A stretch of DNA of 61,066 bases, counting the filler, from Sphacelaria rigidula (lineage: Eukaryota), in NCBI GenBank assembly GCA_964200075.2. It is 9 parts of 9 records of this genome, joined end to end, with 100 filler letters (N's around TTAATTAATTAA, not from the genome) between each part and the next. Parts side by side here need not be neighbours in the genome. Positions count along the whole stretch, not along the records: positions 1 to 6,697 come from CAXNAA020018552.1; positions 6,798 to 13,494 come from CAXNAA020018553.1; 7 more parts are not named here. One strand, written 5' to 3'. The notes below the pieces were generated by a model. That model ran no database searches. It was not told where the DNA came from and saw only the letters and a list, made by a program, of their open reading frames with translations. The position numbers were made by a program, and so were the translations under genes. Position 1 is the first letter of the stretch. Each line of letters starts with the position of its first letter. Positions 1 through 13,000 of this stretch are shown here, piece after piece.

Positions 1-1700
1 GAAATTTGCTTGTTTTCCTTCAAATTTTGCCATGATTAACAGCCCGTTGGGGCAAAGACAAAACCCCCCCCCCCCCCCCCCCCCCCCCCGGTCTATTCCT
101 TTTTCGTGAGTTATTGGCAATTTTGTTCCGAAAAAATGTTCTGATTTGTTCCGTCGCCAATAGCTCAAGAAGGAAAAATAAAAAACGAGAGAAAATAAGG
201 GATATTCGCACACATGTCCTGTACACCGTGTCAAAATTTCGTCGAAAACGACTCAAGATTGAGGTCGGGAATCGCGTCATTCTCTCGAAATCGACTTTTC
301 TTATACGTTCTGCTCAAAGGTCTTCGGAAACTGCTCGTTGGTTCGCACACTACGACCAGACGCCTTGACGCGCCTCGGATCTTGTCTGCGTGCATTCTCA
401 GAGGCTGCGCGCGTAGTGCAACTTGTGTTGTACAATCGCAGCTTGTGCGGCAACACGCGGCACAACCGACTGTAACCGAGACTCCGATTTCAGCCGTTTT
501 TTTGGCTGATTCCGCCGCATATAGTACCCTCAATTCTCTACATTTCGGCACATGACTACAGTTCGGTATTTCGTTTGATGGGGCCTTGTCGGATCGCAGT
601 GCTTTATGGATTTGGAGACGCGCACTGATTTGTCGATTACTACGATGTGTCAAAGTAAGCACAACTCGGGATACATCTTCAATTAGAACGGGCTGAAGGA
701 AAGCGAGCTTCTCGGGCGGCCCAGCTTGTAGTAAACGACCCCAAATTGAGGAGTGTAATCATTTTCGCGTCGAAAATCGGTTCCCACGTCGACATGGACC
801 AGCCACGACGGGAACAGAATACTCTGAACCGCGCTCTACGTTGTTCAATTTCAAGCTATTTTCCCTGAAATTATGACACGATGTGCTTGAGCTATGTCTC
901 AAGAACCTGATTTCCCCCCCTCTTCGACTTTTTCTTCAATGAGTTTTGGAGGATCTTGTCCCGGAAAAAAACTGTTCTGAAATTCGGATTACCGATCACG
1001 TACGAGGAGAAAAACAAAAAACGGTAGAGGAATAAGAGCAAGGGCTTTGCACATATCGTATGTACACCGTGTCGACACACATACCGTATGTACACCGTGT
1101 CGACATCTCATAGTGAACGACTCAAAATTGAGCAACGCAACCGCGCTTTTCTGTTGAGAACCGGTTGACTTGCTCTTGGAGCACAACAACCTCAGCCGGA
1201 ACTTCAACGTTCTCTACAAGCTTTTTTCATCCGCTGCTCGTTGGTTCGCACACTGCTACCAGAGACGCCTTGGCGCGCCGGAGGCGTCGTCTGCGCACCA
1301 TCTCAGACACTGCGCGCCTACAGTACGACATGCATTGTTGTACAACCACAAACTTGTGCAGCACCACCACTTTGCGGCCGCACAACCGACTGTAACCGAA
1401 GATACTATCTCAGCTGTTTTGTTACCCTAATTCCGCCGAAAATGCCACCCTCAACTCTCTACACTTCGCAGCTGACATCACTTTTGTATTCCGTTTGATG
1501 GGAACTTATCGGATCACAGTGCTAGGTGGATTAAAAGACGCGCGCTGATATGCACATCACCACCATGTGTCTTAGTAGGCATAACTTGCGATATATCGTC
1601 AGTTAGAACAGGCTGAAGGAAAGTTCGTTCCTTCGGCGGCCCAGCCTGTACAACCCCATTTCCGCACCACCGAAGTCTTTATTTGTCCCCGTTCGGAATC
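1..1700 (+). repeat. Two diverged tandem copies (~850-900 bp unit) of an interspersed repeat, inside the asparagine synthetase intron
   Basis: Colinear shared blocks: tgtacaccgtgtc (219/1061), ctgctcgttggttcgcacact (331/1234), cacaaccgactgtaaccga (461/1381), ttagaac.ggctgaaggaaag (683/1603). Confidence 0.8.
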
Positions 1701-1973
1701 GCGGCGGGCAATAAACGGCGTCATTTTTTTTCAAGGGTAGAATTGTCAACAGCTCCCGTAAGAAATGGTATTTATGGGCACGACTTTGTTTGCACACACA
1801 TTTTGAGAGAACTTCTCGAGTCTCGACAAGACACGACCCCGACTGTACAATGCCGCCTGCTTTTTATTTTTTATTCTCCGAGCTAAAGATGACCACTTTC
1901 GAAAAATATTATTCCGAGCGAAAACGAGCTTGTTGGTGACCGGAAAACTCCGTGTGGCTGACAATACCGCAAT

Positions 1974-3280
1974 TAGGGCGTATCTCAGCAGATCATTTTT
2001 TAATCTCAAATATGGAGTGGAAAACAAATATCCCGATCTGATAGATCGTGATTTCAACGATTTTAGTTTTTTTTCAAGATTGTTGAAATCACGACCTATC
2101 AGCAGAGTTCAGTATTGGGTCTGAAAAAGTCCCCAATAGGATATAGATATATTGGGTAAGAATTCCTCGCATATATCTGTCATCTCCATAACAAATATCA
2201 TACTTCGTATCTGGGTATTTGGACTATCCTATGCGTATCCGAAATCGCACCCGATATCCCTCCAGATTTCTCTGGATATAGGGACGATTCGTCCAGATCA
2301 TACAGATTTAGTCCAAGAGTGTGGCATACTTGTGTTATTCATGTATGTGTAACGAGTGACGAGTTACGTATCTCATCAGTGAGCTGCATACACTTATGCA
2401 CGTACCAGGCCTACTGCATAGAGGCAGACACGACAATGCTGGAGGGACGACGCGCCCAAACGCTCAAATGCTATTATGACAAGCAGAACAAACAAGTAGA
2501 GACAATACACGCCTTCAAGTGACGGTAGTTGGTGTCGTTGTTGATTTTTTTTTCCTCTTATAATATTTGTTCACGGTAAGCGAGAAACCTGTCAAACCAC
2601 GATTTAAATCCATGTGTTTACCTGCAACCCTCCCGCTGTCTCCGTGCTGCCATCCCGACTAACGTCCAACCCCCCACCACCTGGCAACACGCTGCAAACA
2701 TATTATCACAAATCCAGTCATCTCCATTCTCCACACCACACAAGACATTACTTTGCTTTCCAGATCCAGTGCTGTTGGCTGGGGGTGTCAACCGGGAGTT
2801 GCTCATCGCACATATGTGGTGTGTGGTGTATGGTGTTTAGTGGTTGTTTTATGTGTGCACGGGGGTAGTGCGGCGAATGCACTGTTACATACGCGCCAAG
2901 GATCTGGAGTCTGGAGACAACATAAAAAGGCTGATTCTGGTACTCAACAAGATATATCGCATGATATCCGCGTCCATATCCCACATATATTGGGTTTATT
3001 GGGTATATTTGGGCATCGTGTATCATACCTCGAATACCTACGTGAGAATACGCAGATACGTTGGGCAATTTTGGGGAAATGTTCTCGCGTAAGATTTGCC
3101 AAAAAATCTTCAAGTAAAGGCCCAAAAAACATGCTTGGAAAATACAAATATCCTCTGCGTATTGGGGGCAATATATATTTCGACCCAATACCCAATACCG
3201 AACTCTACTCATCAGGTCGGGATATTTGTTTTCCACTGCACTTTCCAGATCAAAAACTGATGTGCGAAGACACGGCCCTA
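1974..3280. mobile_element. Non-autonomous DNA transposon with long imperfect inverted ends starting TAGGG (hAT-like by termini)
   Basis: Left TAGGGCGTATCTCAGCAGATCATTTTT...AGTGGAAAACAAATATCCCGA matches reverse complement of 3215-3280 (TAGGGCCGTGTCTTCGCACATCAGTTTTT...AGTGGAAAACAAATATCCCGA); no clear TSD. Confidence 0.65.
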
Positions 3281-3328
3281 GGCCCTAGCCGAACAAAACA
3301 TATGAGGGGCGAAAAAAAAGCACCTCAC

Positions 3329-3470
3329 CTCTTCATCACGAGCCGAAAGAGGCTGCGCGCCGGACTCTGGGTTGATGATAGCCAAACGCTCGTGCGCAAT
3401 TCCGTGTCTCTTCTTTCCGCCGGAGTTGACGATGTGGTAGCCAGACCAGTCCGGTCCGCGATGGCGGAGC
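3329..3470 (-). CDS. ASNS: Asparagine synthetase (glutamine-hydrolysing, AsnB/ASNS family), coding exon 2; rest of gene beyond contig
   Basis: Manual translation (M)LRHRGPDWSGYHIVNSGGKKRHGIAHERLAIINPESGAQPLSARDEE with hallmark HRGPD and HERLAI..P..G.QP motifs; ttag acceptor, gtgagg donor; phase matches exon 1. Confidence 0.93.
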
Positions 3471-4901
3471 CTAAGCGGTGCAGCGTGGCCGTTGTAAATG
3501 AGGAGAGCGGGGGAAACGTCGTAAAGTCGCTACACTAGGCACACCGTATGGAACTGTTACCGTATTATCGTGTTGCAGAGGCGCTCGCTGCCCCACACGT
3601 CTTCTCTACGGAACACTTTTGCTGCGAAGCACTGAGTGTGGGTCTATTTTCCTTGTGCATTTAGATGCTCATGTTATTGGCTTTGGGCCGCACGAGGCGG
3701 TGAAAACCCGTGGGTGGTGTTTCTTTGCAAGAGACGAAGCATGTGTATTGTACGGAGTACAATATTGTAACCGTCTGTTCGGTCGGCGCAGACCACAGGC
3801 AGTAGGGGGTATAGTGTGCTACAGTGCTACGCCATCGACGATTTGACAGAACAGTGCATCGTTCTTCAACTCTCGTGAAATCGATGCTTGATGGATGAGG
3901 ATGGTGGGGAGTGACGAAAACACGCATGGTTGCAGCAATTGCTAGTAGCGTGGTGCGATCGAGCGCAGTCGTTATACAGTAAAGTGTGTTCTGGTTGCTA
4001 CACCTGGTCTGTGTGTGGGTTTCAGGCTGATAGCTTCCAGTTTCAGCTCACCAGCTGCATGTGTACCACGGGCACTGAGCTACAGTATCGTACCAGAAAA
4101 GTGCACTGCTGTCCGTGTCATGCATGCAGTATCCAGACAGCACAACAAGCTACATCCATGATTAATTTGTCCACTCCATACACGGTTACAGGACGGTGTC
4201 GCGCACAATGTCATGATGGACAAGCGTGCTTGGTGCCCCGACAAGTTCGAGATGGGAAATTTCGATGTGATGACATCAATTGCTTTCCGTCCACTTGTCT
4301 CCGAGCTCCCATAACGTGTACATCCTCCGGCACCGTAAGCAAACAGGGGGCAGGAACGACGGTAGGGAACATGAACACGGCAGCAGTTTGGCGTGTTATC
4401 TGTGCTATGCGCATGTCGATATGGAGACGTATGTAGCGCTACGTGCACATGTGAACCTAACACCGCCAGTACCGCGAGCAACGCCTACCGTATGCGTGTA
4501 CTGCACTAAACTGTACAAGTTTGACCTGCGTTCATAATGCGCTGGGTGAATTGCTCAAGCACCCTAATGGTGATCGGATACCAATGCAGGCATGGTGTGA
4601 TACGTCCTACGATCCGCATGTTTGAATGGCGATGCATGGGGGTGTTAAACTCCGTCATTTGCTGCAGCTGGTATCCTGCTCATGATGCGTTGTGGGCCTT
4701 GTCTACACCATCCACCCCTCTCATGACATCGCCATTCAGGGAATCAATCAAACAGTCAAAACAGCATTTATCTTCTCTCGGCACATACGGCGCTGTGCTG
4801 CAGCTGCGGCCACTACACATTCAATCAACGGTTGGTCTACACAAAACGGTTGTACTGGTGTTTCTACGGGTAGGTTCTGTAGTTTATGGCGTCGAACTTA
4901 C

Positions 4902-4981
4902 ATTTTGGAATGCGCGATGAGAAGCTTCCGCAACTCCGTCTCAGTCAAGGGCGACCCGAATATCCCCAGGATGCCGCACAT
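4902..4981 (-). CDS. ASNS: Asparagine synthetase, coding exon 1
   Basis: MCGILGIFGSPLTETELRKLLIAHSK: Met-Cys-Gly start of class II (Ntn) glutamine amidotransferases; gtaagt donor at 4901, phase 2 joins exon 2 in frame. Confidence 0.93.
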
Positions 4982-6224
4982 CTTGACCTAGCGTAGGTGG
5001 AGAGAAAAGGTGCTGCTTTGTTCTGTTTGTCAAGATAATACACTGGTGTAAGCCCTTGACAGCAGCAGCGTTTCACCTGTAACCGCCAACTTCTAGTGAA
5101 ACGGCGAGAGTGTATTCGGTGCCACCTCGAAAAGCAAACTACTTGATTAATATATAGGTGACGTGGCAGCTAGAAAATGACGAAAAAATACGGACGACCA
5201 GTGCCCGGCGGTCCGTTCTGCATGCGAACCGGTCTGCTTGGTTGCCAAATTATCCTTCACGTCCGTTCTCTTCTCTTGCAACCGTTTTTGATGGGTAGAG
5301 AGTGCATCATCTATGTGGGTCAGCGTCACCTCTCACTGAAGTGATCGTTTTCCCCTGAACGATGGCTGTTGTTAGACCCCACATCACTCAACCGTGTGGC
5401 CAAAGGGCTCAACTTTTTTTGCCCACCACCCGGATGGCTCGTCTGTTCCATGGGCGTATTGCATTTCCACTTGGGAAACTCTTACAAAAGTTGAGAGCGA
5501 GAAGGTGCAGAATCTGGTATTTCAGACGCGAACGTACGGTAGCAGGGTTACGAGAAGCGTCTGCGCATCTGCGCCAGAGCAGATCGGGGGCCTGAATCGC
5601 GCGCAGCGCATACTTCTTGGAGAGTCATTCGCGGCTTGCCGCTCCAAAACGAATTGGGCCTCATATTCATCCCGCTAGGCGGACAAGAATTGGGATTGTT
5701 TTTCGCCAAATGAAACCGTATACAGTATCGAAATACTCGTATCGAGTATCGGTCGCGATTTTCGGCAAGTCTCAGTCCGGAATCGCGAGCTGGTAAGCCG
5801 GGACTTTCGATACGCAAACTGGCTCTCTCGAGGGGTCCACCTGCTAAGAAGGGGAACGGGTAGTGCACTCACATCATCGGTCCCCCCTTTTCTTGCAAAA
5901 ACGACTCTTCAATAACAGCAAAAGAAGGCCTAGAGAACCAGGAAACCGGTTGTTTGCCCATTTTCCGAGTATCGATAAAAATACTGATATCGACGAATTT
6001 TTCGTCGATATTTTCAAAACTATTATCAAACATTTTATTCCGTTCGATTTTCAATACTGATACACGCGCAGCCTCATGCATAATAAATCAAGAAATTTTC
6101 GGCTTATCCATGAGTCTGTCGGGAGAAGATTTTCGGACCCGCAGCCCCCCCCTCCATCCCGGGGGCAATTTTTCACACGCCGGACGAGCACGAGGATAAC
6201 TCGTGACACTCGCACCCGTTAGGC

Positions 6225-6480
6225 TGCTCGTTGGCCGTAAAAGTTCACAGGGCGAGCACTCGAGTCATTGCTCGTCGTGCAAAAAAATAGTAGGGCGAGT
6301 AATCGAGTCATAGCTCCTTGTGGAAAAAATTAACAGGACGAGTACTCGAGTCATTGCTCGTGGTGGAGAAGAAAATGATACGAGCAACCGAGTCATTGCT
6401 CGTCATGAACGACTTGAGTGGAGGAGTCAGCAATCCGACGAGAAAATAATTATAAGGAGCTCTTCGACGAGCTTGAACCT
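6225..6480 (+). repeat. Degenerate tandem repeat (~44-nt period, core cgagtcattgctcgt)
   Basis: Four to five recurrences of gcgag.a.tcgagtcattgctc between 6251 and 6405. Confidence 0.7.
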
Positions 6481-6697
6481 AGAATCTTCAAGTTCAAATG
6501 CATATCTGCACATATACAAGCGCCAAGCTCCAAAGCTCGTTTCCCTTTTATCCAAGTACCCCCCCCCCTCCCCCCCCTCCCGCGTGTGAGACACCCATGA
6601 GGCAGTGTATAAACCATGGCTGTCTCGGAAAGTGGCGATACCAGAAAATAAAGCAACTCATTGTAGGCTGTCATCCAACTGCAAGACAATCATTAGG

Positions 6698-6797
6698 NNN
6701 NNNNNNNNNNNNNNNNNNNNNNNNNNNNNNNNNNNNNNNNNTTAATTAATTAANNNNNNNNNNNNNNNNNNNNNNNNNNNNNNNNNNNNNNNNNNNN
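6698..6797. other. Artificial contig linker (N44-TTAATTAATTAA-N44); identical linkers at 13495-13594, 20291-20390, 27087-27186, 33883-33982, 40679-40778, 47475-47574, 54271-54370
   Basis: Same 100-nt spacer with six-frame-stop core repeated every 6796-6797 nt. Confidence 0.98.
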
Positions 6798-6874
6798 CGC
6801 CAAGCGACGCCAACCCCATCGGGGGTCCGCCCCTACAAAGTCGGGACGGCGCACGCCGGGTTCTCGCCGGACGG

Positions 6875-7098
6875 GATTTGATTGCACGAAAGAAGAGGCT
6901 CGAAAGTGTGTCAGACGACCTACCACACTCGCGGTGCGCTTGTATTTGGTTCAAAACGGCGTCAATCGGTACGAACGAGCATTATGTTTCTATAACAAGC
7001 TCGATCAAGCAACCGTTGCTCCTTTCAAGGACGATTCGACTTGGAATTTCGTGCGAGAAGTGGCCCAAAATACCCCCCTCTCTATCGTAGGATAACTC
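6875..7098 (+). mobile_element. Partial MITE, same family as 9000-9252
   Basis: High similarity to 9027-9252; ends ctatcgtaggataactc, after which Gypsy gag sequence resumes. Confidence 0.8.
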
Positions 7099-10000
7099 GC
7101 ATGCTGCCATGCAAACTCTGCATCGCACGTCATCGGCGTCGTCGCCATCGCCAGCGCCAGCTCTCATCGAGGCATTTACGGCTTTTTGCCACGCCACGAT
7201 CCAAGATCAATGGACGTCTGCTCATGTGCAATTCAATGATGATTCTGCACCTGCCACGCCCAAACCCGTACGTCTGGCATCCCGTTTGGCGACATCGCGC
7301 TCTCCGTTTGTCACTCGTGAACAATCCAATGGACATGAGTCCAGCCTTTCCTCAACGTCGCAGCAGAGCCTTACTCGCGCTTCTGACCGGCGCCGCACAC
7401 CGAGACTTGGTCACGACCACGTCTCCCGTTCTGGCAGATCTAAGGGCAACTCCCAGCAAAGGTTGAATTCATCGCGCGTTTCTACACGCCCGAAGAACGT
7501 CACTCATGATTACACTTACCGACGGTAGTTCACGCCACAGCTCCAACTCATCACGCGCTCCGCAGCGCTGGGTGAATGCTAACCGTGAACGTACTCACGA
7601 GGATGCCTTGCGGCACAGATCAAGTTCTTCGCGCGTTCACTCGCGCTCGAAAAACACCGATCATGCGCCCTCGCGCATTTCTCCTGCTCCACATCAGTCA
7701 AACAACCGCCATGTACGCAATGATAACACTGTGCATGCTGATGATATCCAAAACATATTTTCGGACATGTCACCGGCTCCGGAATCCTCAATTGAAGGAT
7801 CCGGCCGCACCTCATCGCAAAACCGACGACCACGCACTAACCGCGAACCACCGTCCCGTTCCGATGCTGCGCATATTCGTTCTCTTTAACAACGCTTGAC
7901 AGAACTCGAGCGACAACTGTCTACCGTGGACCCTTTATCATCCGCTGCCGCCGCCGCTACAGTCAGCAAGCCCACTCGCGCTCCCGCAGCTACTGCTGCC
8001 GCTACTGTGACCGCTGCGCCTTCAGCCGCCCTTGCGACGGCTCATACAACCGCCGCCGCTCCATCTGCCATCGACACGGGCGCCGATGGCGGTTCCACAA
8101 CTGCCCCTGTGCGCCCGCCCCCATCCGTGGAGATTCTCCCTCCACTCGGCGACGAGCACTGCTCCACCGGCCGGCTCCTACGTCTGTTCACCACCCGACC
8201 CCGCGTGGAACAGCAACAGCTCATTGCCGATTATGCATCCCAGGCGCCGGCATTGGCGCAAAACATACTTAGTCAGCAACGTGACGCTGACGCTGCCGCT
8301 GCCCGCCTCCTTCTGGAGGGGCACGCAGAAGTGCTGAAGGACCTCCAGCGGCAGGCCTCCCACGCTCAATCCACGAGCACGGCGGCACAACAAGCGCTAT
8401 AGGAGGGCCGTACTGCTGCCATGGCGGCCCAAAGACGGGTCCGCGAGCTAGACGATCATGTTCAGTGGACAGCTCAAGCAACGGACATGTCGGTGGCGCG
8501 CCTATCCGACCATCAAGCCTCTCCGCCTTCCGCCAACAACTTGCTCAGGATCCACCTGCCGGCGCCCAACATATCGACTTACGTTATTCCATGAAAGTCC
8601 GACCGGACGTCGTCTGCTGCGGCCACTGCCGCCGCCACGACGCCTCCGACACCGCCACCGCAAGAAGTTAGCTCGGCGCCGAGCGCCGTTTCGGCGCAAG
8701 ACTTGCGACTTGTGTCCCACGAACGAGAATAACTTTCTCGTCCTGTGACCACTCATACCGGTCCTTTTGAACGCCGAAACCACCTCCACTGTTCCCAAAA
8801 CACATGGTCCTTAATCTCCCAACGTATGTTCTATACTGTTGGGGTTTACGTCGAACAGAACGGTTTTCTCCCCAAACAGGGCGTCTCGGTGTCTTGGGCC
8901 AACTGGTCCTGCAGACAACCATTGGCAATCACCGGGATCACTACACTTACGTTGACGCGGTCATCCAACGTTTTGCGGCGCTTCGCGCCGCCTACAACAG
9001 AGTCACCCTACGATAGGGGGGGGGGATATTTGATTGCACGAAAAAGAGGCTCGAAAGTGTGTCAGACGACCTGCCACACTCGCGGTGTGCTTATATTTGG
9101 TTTAACACGGTGTCAATCGCTATGAATGAGCATTATTCATCGATAACAAGCTCGTTCGAGCAACCGCTGCTCCTTTCAACGACGATTTGACTTGGAATTT
9201 CGTGCAAGAAGTGGCCAAAACTACCCCCCCCCCCCCTATCGTAGGATGACTCAACACTCATCTCGGCCTCACCATCGACGGAGACGAAGATGAAGATGGG
9301 TGGATTCCCGTAACATCCAATTGCCGGGGCCAGAGGAAGAATTACAGGCGCGACGACGATGATAACGATGGAGGGAATTCACGCCGCCGTCATGGCGGTG
9401 GGGGATCCTCTTCGGGCGGTTCCGGACCGAACCGCCCACCTCGCAAACTGCACCGAAAAAACCACACGGAGGTAATTCTTCCGGTTCATCGGCACCCGGA
9501 TGGAACAAGTCTGACACAGATCTTCCCGCCTCGGGCTTGGCGACCCCCAGGCAAGTGATTCCTAAGTTGGCTGATGTTTCGGCCCGCATTTTAGGTTTGT
9601 CCGATACGGATACACCTGACCGTCCTTTGTCGTCTACTGCACCCCGCGCTTTAGCAACCTCTGCGGCTGACAAAGAACGTTCTGAAGCTAGGAAAGAAGC
9701 AGCTTCCGATAGAGCTGAGTCTACCCGAGTAGCTGTAATACAGAGACAGTATATTCAGATGGATGTGAAAAAACTCTGGCACATCAAAAGCATGCCTGCC
9801 GCGGATAACGAAGGTTCGGGCCAGTTTACTTCTGCCCTCATCACGTTCATCCGCCGCACTGTTTGTAACATCCTTCTGGCATACACCGTTTCGAAGATTC
9901 CGACCGGGTAAAGGGCTGGCAGACTCCCTTGCACAAAGCAATGCACCGATCGATCAGACGCCGCTCTCCCGACCTCGCTGCTTCCTTAACGCAGATTCTC

Positions 10001-13000
10001 GACGGATTCCTCGCCGAGATGGACCCGGACCGTGCCAAGGGGAAGACAGGCCCGGTATTACTCTCTGATTTGGAGAGGCGTCTGATCGGCTACTTCGATA
10101 AAAGTGACCAAGCCAGTGCCATCCAGGGGCTGAGCTCTTTTGTCTTCGCCTCTGATGTACCCTTCGCGGATTATCTCCGCGAATTTAAGCTTTTGATTTC
10201 GGGTACGACGGGTGTCGGACGCCAGAACGGACCAAGCGACGCAATGTGTCAGACTTACGTTCGCAATAGTGTTGCTCAACAGTATCCAGCTCTGATGCCG
10301 TCGTTGTTTCCGGGTGTCTTGGCGCATCGCGAGGTGCCTTGCGCCTCCAATGATACTATATGGTCTGCTTTTGTACACCAAGAGGGTAATCTAACGCCTA
10401 CCATCAGTGGCAAACCCTCAACGTCTGTGCGTTCACAACCTATGGTTGTGTCCTCCGCTCATGCCCAAGGGACTCGTGGCAGGAATTCGAGCTTGTCTCG
10501 CGCTTCATGGACCCCCGACTCAGTCGCCGGTTCAGTTATGCATGTTCAAGATACCAGAGATGAATTAAGCGCGAGTTTTGACGGTTGGCCGTTTTCCGAG
10601 GAAACTTGGGATGATGTTCATTTGACTTCAACAATGGCATTTATAACCGATGACCCCCACTTGTGGAACCCGCTTCTCTCTTCTTCCGCTAGACGCAATA
10701 CCTTCAGCAGTCATGCCAACAGTTGCATCAACTGTGGTGTTCAAGGCCACAGCATGCGCGACTGTGACAGTCCATGCATCAATGCCTTTGATCTCATGAA
10801 CTCTGGATTGCAGGACAATGAACCCGCGTGGCGCCGATGGCAAAAACGCATGCGGGACTATCATCCACAAACTCGAAATTACCGCAACAATTCGAACCAA
10901 CGTGGCAACAAAAGCTCTAATCGCAGTCGCCGACACAACAACAATCACGGAAACCCTCGCCAGAACGATCAAAATTCTCGCGACAACAAACGTTCCGCTG
11001 ATAGACACCAGCGGACGGGACCGACACAAAGTTCTAATCCTAACACCAGAAGCCCTGGTACCTTCACAACGGATTGCTTAGATCCATGACGTGCCGACGC
11101 CGGCGTTCTTCGGTCTTCCACGCCGTCGATAGCACGAGCGGAGACTTTCTCAACACAGCCCGCGGAGTCCGTGTCAAAAATCGCTGACTCGACTGCCCCG
11201 ACACTATCCAAGAGCGTAACTGACGGCCGTTCATTCAGACCCCCGTCTTCATCCCTCCACACACCGCGTAACAGTTGTGTCACCCCGCGACTCAGATCTA
11301 CACCCGGGATTGAATTTGGTCCTTCAGTACCGAGTATAAGTCTGAGGTGCGGGAAGACCAACCACCAGTCCCTGAGGCAAAGGTTTCCCTCAGCGACCGC
11401 ACACACAGGTAGCAGCAAGCCTTTTTCAGCTGACCCAAGTGCTGCTGATTTGAACCTGACCACATCGGATCATGTAATTCCTAATCAGTTCGATCGGGCT
11501 CCTTCCCCGCGCTTTTTAAAACGCACGGACCTACCTTCGGCCGGTTTTATTACCAACCGCCACAACATATCTTCGGCTATGCCCCAACAGCCAAACTTCC
11601 CTACGGAAAGCAGCCCACAAGTTTCGCTCCGCCATGCCCCGATGCTGACCCCATCCACGCAACTGGACGCAGTTATGTATCATCCCCAAATGCTTTGGAA
11701 GTTCCCCGACCTTTGTCACGGCGAAAGAGAAAGCCCCGTAAGCATGCCCCCAAGGACGCGCGCGCATCATTACGTACACCTCTCTCGAACGGGAATCCTC
11801 GACCTCAATCTCTCCAAAATGCGACGACTTGGCGCTCGACGGCTTTATCAAGTATCCCGGAAGAAACAAAGTCACATTATTCTGACGGCACTGCTTCTTC
11901 AATCGACGCCTCCAGCCCCGCACTTCCTGGATCCCCCTTCGACGGTGATCCCTGTCAACCAAAGACGATCATTTACGGAATCGCCCATGACCGTGCCACA
12001 CCTGGAAATAATATACCGTCCACCCCCTTCTCTGGTGAGACGTCTGATCCACCGGCGGATCACCCGCCGTGCGTTTTTGCTGTCAGCCCCGCTGATCCTG
12101 ACCAGTTTACCTTGCCGGAACACGGTCCGGATCTTGTCGGCGGCAAAGTGTCTGTCGATCCGGCCACTTTCACTACTCGCGTTGCGATCCATGCCGGTCC
12201 AAACGCTATCACGCCTACGAAATGTGTATCCTTGTTGGACAGCGGCAGCCCGCAAACATTCATTCGAGAATCAACATGGAAACACATGAAACACACTGGC
12301 GCTGCTACTGCAGCTTGCGAAACCACCACCAAACCTCGAGTGTGGGGCGGTTTCGGTGACTCGACCGCGCCACTGACGACCCGTAAATCCGTACGTCTCA
12401 TTGTGCGATTCTTTCACAACACCACTCGATCTGCCAGCCTGGCATTCTGGGCATACGTTGTCCCCGACAGCACCATGCATCACGCCATATTATTGGGCAG
12501 AGATAGCTATATGCGGTAATAAACGCACCTACCGCACGCTTCCACCATTAACGCCACATTCCCCGCCGCGTGGAGAATTCAACCTCGAGCACTTCGGTAC
12601 TCTCCACGGCGCCCTGGCTTATCAGAAGAATCCTCAGGCGACCGGAGCTGCTTACCACCTACGATATAACGGTAGTGTGGCTATTACACTCTCCGACGAC
12701 CCCCAACTTCTTGACGTTGCACTAGTTCGTCGAAATGGCATGCCAGCACTTACGGGCCATTATCTTGCCGAAATGTTACCCCGTATTGGCGCACCAGCCG
12801 ACACAGAACATTTTGTGTGGGCGGGACAACAACTCCTCCCCCTTACGGGACATGCTAACTTGGAACCCGACGATGTTTTAGGAATCGCCGCTGCTCCCCT
12901 GTTGTACATCCCCCTCGAGACGTGCGTCGCAGAGCCTGCCGCACCAACGAACACATCCCCGGCGGAGTCAGTACATTGTGTCGATGAACCTTATTTCGAT

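Noticed and set aside
2753..3538. 261-aa plus-strand ORF
   Set aside because: Runs through a transposon end and antisense to the asparagine synthetase exon; no protein features
6742..6753. TTAATTAATTAA palindrome recurring at fixed period
   Set aside because: Assembly linker embedded in Ns, not biological
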